From assembly GCF_009914755.1 (NCBI RefSeq), contig NC_060931.1: DNA of 64,000 nucleotides; one strand, given 5' to 3'. Origin of the DNA: the human T2T-CHM13v2.0 reference genome, Homo sapiens. A program made the translations under genes and the position numbers. Positions 55,673 through 64,000 of the stretch are shown here, piece after piece. A model generated the notes under the pieces. That model saw nothing but the letters and a program-made list of their open reading frames with translations. It was not told the DNA's origin and ran no database searches. Numbering within the stretch: the stretch's first letter is position 1; the number at the start of each line of letters is the position of its first letter.

Positions 55673-56189
55673 TGACTTCAGACAGTTTCAAAGTGGGCAG
55701 TACCTTCATAAAGTCACTGCAGACAAAAAAAATCTCAGCTTTTTGAGGCAAGAAATGTAATCACATAGTTTTGAGCGAGCTCTGAAATGTTGGCACATGC
55801 TAGCCAAAAGCAAGGTTGACCAAATGCACCCAGGGTGTCTGTTTACATATCACTTTTGCAGAGTCTGAAGTCTGTTCAACACACGTTAATTTTTCTTTTA
55901 ATTGCATAGGCTGATCCTGTTCCCCATCAGAAACAGAATTTCCTACCTTAGATTTTTTAAATGTTTAAGATTTAGAGACTATATTTGGGTCAAACCAACT
56001 TTAACTGTTCAAAATAAACTTGACAGAGTTTTTACCTTAATGGACAATATGAATCCAAAGCTCTCCATCCTACAGATGCGATTTAAGAGAACTAATCACC
56101 TAGGGTGTTAAATGGTGAAGACTTAACTAAGACAAGAATAGCAGAGGCATCATAATGACCTGTGTTATAGCCACAAATTGAGATAACTG

Positions 56190-56705
56190 CCTGGCTTATG
56201 CAATTACTTGGAGGCCATGTCTGTACAACCCCTTTTGCCTCCCAATTATAATAACAGACCATCCCCTCCCTCTCTCCCTACAGCCATCAAAGCGAACACC
56301 TGACTTCTAAAAAAACTGAGCATAGCACTTACCATCTTGGTCATAATGACCAGGCCAAGGGCTAGACATGCGAGCCAGCAAATGTTCCCTAGAATAGTTC
56401 ACACTGGAGCTGAATAACATTAAATACTTATTTTCCTTGATGGCAAGCTGTGAAGATGTGAGCCTGGAGGGACTGAAGCCTATACTGTTTGCTGCAAGGA
56501 GGAGCTGGTCTGAGAACAAAGACAATATGCAGAGAGCACAGATGAGACCTAGAGCTGTTCCTAGTGATATTTGAAGTTCTGGCTCTAGTCATCCCTGATA
56601 TCAGCTCTCTTTCCTGGAAATAGCAGCCAACAAATTCTCTCTGTGATTTCATCTACTTCATACTGGGTTACTCTTACCGGGAATCATCAGCGTTTTCAAT
56701 AATAA
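56190..56705 (+). mobile_element. MLT1K/L-type MaLR LTR
   Basis: gaagatgtgagcctggag...tttgaagttctggctctagtcatccctga...gccaacaaattctct. Confidence 0.6.
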
Positions 56706-56759
56706 AGCTAGTGAGAAAGTAGTGAAACCCAACAAAGCAGACAAATAAGAACCACTAGG

Positions 56760-56970
56760 TCATAGTCAGAGAACAGTAATGTTGGTGCCAGTCATGCAAT
56801 TTTGAGATCATTTCTTAAAATCTCTGAGCCTTAGTTCAAAATCTGCAAATGGGGCTTCCAGCTACTGAACTAGATTATTGAAGAATTAGAATACTATATG
56901 TAAAGTGATTAGCATGATGCTTGTCCCATAGCAATTGCTTACCAAGTGCTAAAAATATATTGTTTTATCA
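56760..56970 (+). mobile_element. MIR
   Basis: ttaaaatctctgagccttagtt...ctgcaaatgggg...atgtaaagtgattagcatgatgcttg. Confidence 0.7.
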
Positions 56971-57574
56971 TGAGGCTGTGAGGATAATGATGAGGAGGAC
57001 TCAAAGAAAACAAAGATTATAGAACTCAGAATCTTCTACAACTTTTCATTAAAACCCTACTGGCTTAAATATTTTTGAGGAAAAATAAAAACTGCAAGCA
57101 CTAAATAGAAAAATGTAATGAAGTTAGAAATAATTATAAACAGAACATTCTGATTATTTTAAGACGCAAAGGTATTTTAAAGCTCAACTTACAATAAATA
57201 AGCATTGTTATTGAAAGTTTACTCAAGGTCAATGAAATAGTCTTATTTTTAAGAAAAACTGTAATATGAAAAATAAAGCAAGTATTATTGATATAGCTAC
57301 TTCCTGAAAATGGAGCTGGCAATACTTGTAGGCCCAATTCAAATGTCTCCACAGTAACAAAGCCTTCCTTGACATCACCAAAACCATGTACAATACTATA
57401 CACCACACCAATGGTGCAAGCTTTTCTTTCATCGAATTTATTTATTTCCCATTCCACACTATAAAACCCTCCTAGCAAGGCCTCTTTTTTCATATCTGTA
57501 CCTTTAAAATGTAGCTCAATAACTTGATCAAAAGCAGGTGCTCAAAATATAGTATTAAAATTAGACTAAATTTT

Positions 57575-57660
57575 AGATGTACACTGAGAGCATGAGACTT
57601 GGGTTCCAATCTTGCTTCTGCCACTTACTAGATGTGCTACCTTGAATAAGTCACCAACTA
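57575..57660 (+). mobile_element. MIR 5' fragment
   Basis: gacttgggttccaatcttgcttctgccacttactagatgtg. Confidence 0.75.
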
Positions 57661-57932
57661 TAGGAATATATCCTCATAGTGTTTGCTTTCAAAGTTACCT
57701 ACAATAACCTCCTACCCCAGTACAAAAATTCCATCTCAATGCATTTTCTACCTACACACACTGTGATAGACCCTCTACAAAACGTAATCTTCAGTCAAAC
57801 TTCATAAGCAGTTTTTGGCATAACTATTATCTTTCACATTGAATAAGTCAACAAAGCAATGCTTTATAAAGCCCACTATCAGAGAGCCAACAATGCAGAC
57901 TCAGAATTCTAACTTTAAAAAACAGTCCTTCC

Positions 57933-59220
57933 CAAACCTGACAAAAACAAGAAATGGGGAAAGGATTCCCTATTTAATAAATGGTGCTGGGAAAACTGGC
58001 TAGCCATATGGAGAAAGCTGAAACTGGATCCCTTCCTTACACCTTATACAAAAATTAATTCAAGATGGATTAAAGACTTAAATGTTAGACCTAAAACCAT
58101 AAAAACCCTAGAAGAAAACCTAGGCAATACCATTCAGGACATAGGCATGGGCAAGGACTTCATGTCTAAAACACCAAAAGCAATGGCAACAAAAGCCAAA
58201 ATTGACAAATGGGATCTAATTAAACTAAAGAGCTTCTGCACAGCAAAAGAAACTACCATCAGAGTAAACAGGCAACCTACAGAATGGGAGAAAAATTTTG
58301 CAATCTACTCATCTGACAAAGTGCTAATATCCAGAATCTACAAAGAACTCAAACAAATTTACAAGAAAAAAACAAACAAACCCATCAAAAAGTGGGTGAA
58401 GGATATGAACAGACATTTCTCAAAAGAAGACATCTATGCAGTCAACAGACACATCAAAAAATGCTCATCATCACTGGCCATCAGAGAAATGCAAATCAAA
58501 ACCACAATGAGATACCATCTCACACCAGTTAGAATGGCAATCATTTAAAAAGTCAGGAAACGACAGATGCTGGAGAGGATGTGGAGAAATAGGAACACTT
58601 TTACACTGTTGGTGGGACTGTAAACTAGTTCAACCATTGTGGAAGACAGTGTGGTGATTCCTCAAGGATCTAGAACTAGAAATACCATTTGGCCCAGCCA
58701 TCCCATTACTGGGTATATACCCAAAGGATTATAAGTCATGCTGCTATAAAGACACATGCACACGTATGTTTATTGCGGCACCATTCACAATAGCAAAGAC
58801 TTGGAACCAACCCAAATGTCCATCAATGATAGATCGGATTAAGAAAATGTGGCATATATCCACCATGGAATACTATGCAGCCATAAAAAAGGATGCATAG
58901 TATGTCCTTTGTAGGGACATGGATGAAGCTGGAAACCATCATTCTCAGCAAACTATTGCAAGGACAAAAAACCAAACACCGCATGTTCTCACTCATAGGT
59001 GGGAACTGAACAATGAGAACACTTGGACACAGGAAGGGGAACATCACACACCAGGGCCTGTCATGGAGTGGGGGGAAGGGGGAGGGATAGCATTAGGAGA
59101 TATACCTAATGTAAATGACAAGTTAATGGGTGCAGCGCACCAACATGGCACATGTATACATATGTAACAAACCTGCACATTGTGCACATGTACCCTAGAA
59201 CCTAAAGTATAATAATAAAC
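57933..59220 (+). mobile_element. L1PA5-type, 5'-truncated (1.29 kb)
   Basis: ORF2 C-terminal pieces (58147-58548), 3' UTR; exact 15-bp TSD aaaaacagtccttcc (57918-57932 / 59221-59235). Confidence 0.96.
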
Positions 59221-59695
59221 AAAAACAGTCCTTCCTACACACTACACCACTTCTCTGTGCTTTAAAAGTCTTGGAGTGTTTTTAAAAATTTTCTCTCTAT
59301 TGATAATCTTCATTATGGCATACTACAATGATTGATTCAAATAGCAAAATGAGATGATATAAAACTTCTTTGTGAAGTATAAAGTGCTCCAAAATATCAA
59401 GTAGTAGTTGTATCATGACAATGATGTAGATGATAATGATAATAACAGGAAAGGGAAAAGTATGTACTTTGGGTTCTTTGTTGCATTAATACTTCCATGC
59501 TGAATATTTCCATGCTGTTAAATGGGTCAGTTAATGTAAATTGTATCCACTTACTGGAAATTGGGAGGAAGCCCTGGGTTTTTATTCTTGTTTTTTTCCT
59601 TCAATTTTTTGAGTACAATTAAAACAGACAGATTTTCAGAGGTAGTTACTATACTTACTTAGAAATTACGGCTGTATATGTATACAGATACATAC

Positions 59696-59860
59696 CCTGG
59701 TAAAGGATGGTAATTGACTTGAATAAATTTGTGGTCTTGCTGGGACAAGTCTATGCAACACTGGTTTGTATGAAAACTGCATGTGGAACTCTGTTCTATG
59801 GGCACTGATTTCCTGGCTGATTTGAAGTCTTCTCTCCTTTTCTCCTAATTGTTCTTTCAG
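59696..59860 (-). other. Candidate exon B (165 nt, phase 0 to 0)
   Basis: ctttaactggacttcaatttcag|ctgaaag ... accagg|gtatgt; 55 open codons LKEQLGEKERRLQISQEISAHRTEFHMQFSYKPVLHRLVPARPQIYSSQLPSFTR. Confidence 0.4.
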
Positions 59861-60889
59861 CTGAAATTGAAGTCCAGTTAAAGCTTGTAACATATTTCTC
59901 TTCTTTTCTTCTCACTATTAGTGGATTTGGAAAAAAAGGAGCACTGTAAAACACATACAAAATAATATTTTATCACCTGAGACTACATACTATAAAATAA
60001 ATTTAGTAAATGATAAGGGAGGTATTTGAAATAGAAAACAAACTCATTATTTAATGGTTATGGTTCATCCATAAAGAGGTAATTCTTAATGTTCAAGTTA
60101 AAAAAAAAAAAAAGATGAGAAGAAACAGTTGGCATTCAGCTAACAATTGTGTTTGGAGATTTGTGCCTGACTTTGTTATTCTGAGCAAAGCCAGGTACCA
60201 GTCTCTTGGGATTATGTACAAAGGCAAGAAAAAAAGTGGACATGAACAAACCTCAAAGGTGACTGCTGGGTTAATAAAACAGTCTGTTTTCTGTTCACCC
60301 ACTCTTGCTCTCAGTGTGCAAGTATATTAAAATATGTCAAAAGGAAAACCATTCACTGTGCAAAAATAATTCAACTACAAGTCACAATTTCCAGCTGGTG
60401 GAGTGCCTTAGTGTATTTAAGTGCACTAACAAGTGACCCATACATCTCCCCGGATGAAAGTTGTATCCTCATTAAATGAGAAACAAACACAAAATAGGAA
60501 CAACTGTCACACAGAAAAACAGACCACAATGGATACTGCATTTCCCACACTCAATTTCTGGCTTGAGCTATGGCAGACTGAAGAACAGTGCTGTCCTGGA
60601 AGTAACCTCTTAAAAGGGACTGAAAGTAAAACAAGGAAGCTGTTGGGGGACCTAAATGTCTTGCTAATAGCCACCCAAATTCTCAGTCAGAGTTTCTGGG
60701 AAAATATCATTTTCTTTCTGGGCCCTAAAAACTCCCATATTAGGTAAGACATTATATAATAACACTAATGTGAAGTAACTGGAATAAACAGACCCAACCC
60801 CCAAGGAATTTAGAATTAATGCTGTAAGTTATATTTTTAAATAACTCTGTTAGATAAACTCTGGTTTTAGTGTTTATAAGATATCATAC

Positions 60890-60977
60890 CACACCCTGGT
60901 AAATGATAGTACTTGATTGAATAAACTTGTGGTCTTGCTGAGACAAGTCTATGCAACACTTTGTATGAAAACTGCAT
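60890..60977. repeat. Dispersed direct copy of 59691-59782
   Basis: Shared ccctggtaaa...tgtggtcttgctg.gacaagtctatgcaacact...ttgtatgaaaactgcat. Confidence 0.93.
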
Positions 60978-60979
60978 AC

Positions 60980-61026
60980 CTTTTACTTTCTGATTTTCTC
61001 TAGGGAACTAAATCATTGATAGGACT
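60980..61026 (-). other. Candidate non-coding exon A (47 nt)
   Basis: Strong acceptor cttctctcttttttttcttttcag| and donor aaag|gtatgc; stops in all three frames. Confidence 0.3.
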
Positions 61027-61349
61027 CTGAAAAGAAAAAAAAAGAGAGAAGTTACTGTTTTTTAACTTTAATAATACTGTTCTTATTTGATTCATACGTT
61101 GTACATTATTATAAGGCAAAAACATACATTGGATGTTCAATGTGATAAGTTGCATCTTATACACAACAGGACATACAATAGGAGCATGTGTCTCCAAAAG
61201 GCAGATAGACAATATCTGGAAAAATAAGGGAACACTACTTGAGAGCAAATAACTGATTACAAAAGTATGGTACTAACAATTATTTCAAAGTAGGGTAAGA
61301 TGTTCCACTTGTATACAGGCAACACCTTTGTTCAAACATTTTCATAGCA

Positions 61350-61510
61350 ATTAGCACACACTAATTTCCTGTTTACTATCCCCTCCCTTCAACTAGAATA
61401 TAAGCTCCTCAGGGTAAAATTCATTGTATGTTATTTCTCATATCATTAGAACTAGTACAGCCTCTGGCACATAATACAAACTCCAAAATTATTAATTGGT
61501 TGTTTGGCTA
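61350..61510 (+). mobile_element. L2 3' end
   Basis: aactagaatataagctcctcaggg...tagtacagcctctggcacataatac. Confidence 0.7.
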
Positions 61511-61579
61511 ACTGATTATAGCTGTACACATGACAATTGGTGCCCAATATTGAATTGTCAACCTCCTAATGGAAGACAG

Positions 61580-63355
61580 TAGAGGAACTGGAAAGGGAAG
61601 ATGTTTCTAGAAAGAGACTAATGTTTTCTATGACAAACTGTAGCCCAGGAGCAATGGATATATGTATAGAAAAAAAGAACCACACGGCTCTAAATTATGC
61701 TTTAAACTAGAATATATAAAACAACCATTAAAACAAAATTGAAGCCCAATAGAGGAATGTAGGTAATAACGGATCAGCAAACCAATCTAAAGAAATTAAA
61801 ATGTCTAGGCCCAGAATAATTATGTGAGCTTGGAAACAAGAAAAGTATTTGAGGAACCAAAGTTAATGATAAGAAAAACTTATTAAAAATAGGAAAAGAC
61901 AGATTTTAGAAACCAAGAGCTAGTGAGCTTGATTTTTAGGCGTCATGAAATTCTAAAGCAGATTGATTATTAAACAGCTGGTCTATGAATTCATGAAAAA
62001 TAAAGTGGAATTCACTAGGAGATAGGGAGCTGGACTCAAGAGAGTATTGCATGAAGACAAAAGTCCTTGGTTCATATTCTGAATGTGTGCTTCCTCTTAC
62101 TTTAATGATTTTTCCTTTTCCCTATTTCTGCCAGTTAAACTATATCTCCCCCACTGCCACAATAAGTACTAACTCCTAGTACCTGTAAATATGAACTTAT
62201 TTGGAAATAAGGGTCTTTGCAAATGTAATTAAGGTACACATTAAGATGAAGTTATATTAGAGTAGGGTGAGCCCTTAATTCAATATAACTGGTGTTACAG
62301 GAAGAGGGGAAGAGACACAGAGAACATGGACAGAGAAAGAAAAGAATCCCAAGTGATGAAGAAAGCAGAGATTAGAGTTGTGCTAGGAGGCAAGCTTGGA
62401 ATTCTCCCTCTAAGCTCTCAAGAAGGAACCACTCCTGCTGACAACTTGATTTGAGAATTCTGGCCTCCAGAACTGTGAAAGAATAAATTTCTCTTGTCTT
62501 AAGTCACCCAGTTTGTGGTCATTTGTTATGATAGCCCTAGGAAATGAGTACACCATCCTATAAAAAGGAGTCAGTGATATATCTTTGCCAGGTGATTGTC
62601 AGGAGGATTATAATAAAGCATAGGTAAATATTAATTTCAGCAAAGCTTTTTACTAAGATTCTTATAATGCGTTCACTGATAAAATAAATCTGTGTGAGCT
62701 CAATTATTAGTTAGGTTCAAAGTTGCTAAAATTGCCATTTCCAAAGACAGCTGATTAATAATTCAACATAAACTTAATCTTTCCCAAAATGTTCACTTAT
62801 GGATATACTGAAAATAACTCTCAGGTCTCAGATTTCTATCATTTAAGGCCCTTTATAGACAAACGGACACAAGTTTTGGAAAGTCACCTGAAGTAATAAT
62901 GTTAATGATGGACACAGAACCTTTCATTCATCATTAGTTGTTCAACATATTTACAGGACTTAGAGAAGTACATAGAATGGATGCTATCCAAATAAGGGAG
63001 AAAAAAGTAAGTTGGGAAAAATAAAAGTAACACATTTAAAAAGAAAACTCGTTATCTTAATTTATTATCCTAACAATATAATTTAGTAACCATTATTAAT
63101 AGTAATTTGATACTTTAAACTTCAAACAGTGCTTCACACATAGTAGATACTCAGTAAGTTACTGTTATTATTAATAGTATGATAAGCTAGAATGATGGGT
63201 CAAACCCACTTCAGCGAAAAACACACAATATTTCATTTGGGCTCAAAATTTAAATGGATATCAGGTAGAAAATATCCAGGCTCATCATTAACTCATAGGA
63301 AATAGATTTGGGGATTTCAGTTGATCAAAGTTTCAGTGAATGCATCCAAACAGTG
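61580..63355 (+). mobile_element. L3/CR1 LINE relic, interrupted
   Basis: ctagtgagcttga...aaattctaaagcagattg; atttcagcaaagcttt; ggggatttcagttgatcaaagttt. Confidence 0.6.
62128..62551 (+). mobile_element. MLT1B/C MaLR solo LTR
   Basis: ttatttggaaataagggtctttgcaaatgtaattaag...ctggcctccagaactgtgaaagaataaatttc...gccctaggaaatgagtaca. Confidence 0.85.
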
Positions 63356-63358
63356 TTT

Positions 63359-64000
63359 TGTGAGACCTCTAAAACAAAAATAAAACAAAATAAACAACAA
63401 AGGTGAGAATTTAGGATAAATCAGTAGATGTACGTAAGCCCATGACAATTTGCAAAGGGCAAGCGTAAGGGGGATTGTTTTTCTAAAAGCAGCAATTCTC
63501 CTCTGTACATTTGAGAGATGTTCTGGATGCTGAGGGCATCTGGATGCTGTGGGGGTGAAGTTCCAAGGGAGACAGAGAGTTTCTGCACACTCCCATCCTA
63601 CACTTCCAGAAGATGAAGAGACGTAGGTCCCCACGGCATGCGAATCTGAGGAAGAAGATCTCTTGGTCAAAGACCTTTCTTCTGCCACCTAGAAACAACT
63701 GACGCTTCACAAAAGCAGCATCCGAGAAATGCAAGAGCGGTAAAAAATTATCAGAGGCTCCCTCGGTTGAGACTGAAGCATGCAAAGAAGGATGACAGAA
63801 ATGTGAAGGAATCAAAGAAAGACATCAGCTAGGAAGGGACATTGAAACATCTCACTCTCAAAGAACCAAAGGAAACCCCCCTCCCCGCCACCCCCCAGTA
63901 ATGGGGAGAGAGGACATTTGACAGAGAATGAAGACAAAGACATCAGAAGAGAAAAATCTCCCCACACACTGACTGTCATGAGCATGAGGGATAGCCAAGA
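63359..64000. mobile_element. Possible old LTR (LTR78-like), unconfirmed
   Basis: Abrupt tgtgagacc start cutting the L3 relic and a shift to higher GC; family is a loose recollection. Confidence 0.3.

Noticed and set aside
59676-59782. Duplicated segment as an H/ACA snoRNA (AGACCA and ACA on minus)
   Set aside because: No convincing double hairpin, and the ACA box is not kept in the second copy.
63317-63815. Overlapping 123-aa and 110-aa minus-strand ORFs
   Set aside because: No recognisable domain, non-ATG starts, and within probable LTR sequence.

Overview
AT-rich primate (most likely human) genomic DNA dominated by interspersed repeats; I recognise no known protein-coding gene, RNA gene or CRISPR array. 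Repeats include a TSD-flanked full-length L1PB1-type element (24239-30313), an apparently full-length ancient L1ME1-type element (5033-13461) inserted in HAL1 and carrying four nested younger insertions, several L1PA 3' ends, eight Alus, five solo LTRs (MSTC, MER51B, MLT1 types), MER53 and MER44B DNA elements, and MIR/L2/L3/CR1 relics. Subfamily names are recalled from consensus sequences and need RepeatMasker confirmation. All five identified LTRs and most L1 sequence are on the + strand, which is the bias expected inside a minus-strand transcription unit. In the unique DNA, four minus-strand exon-like segments (42973-42884, 32892-32831, 32740-32679, 20834-20737) splice into one open reading frame, and a further open 165-nt exon-like segment lies at 59860-59696. 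Three of these have a degenerate local duplicate 0.6-2.4 kb away (one inverted, two direct). This is a by-eye candidate for an unannotated or decaying spliced gene or lncRNA, not an established feature. Other curiosities are a 141-bp L1 insertion combining a 5' inversion with an apparent 3' transduction, a closely spaced inverted Alu pair, and a cluster of tandem micro-duplications.
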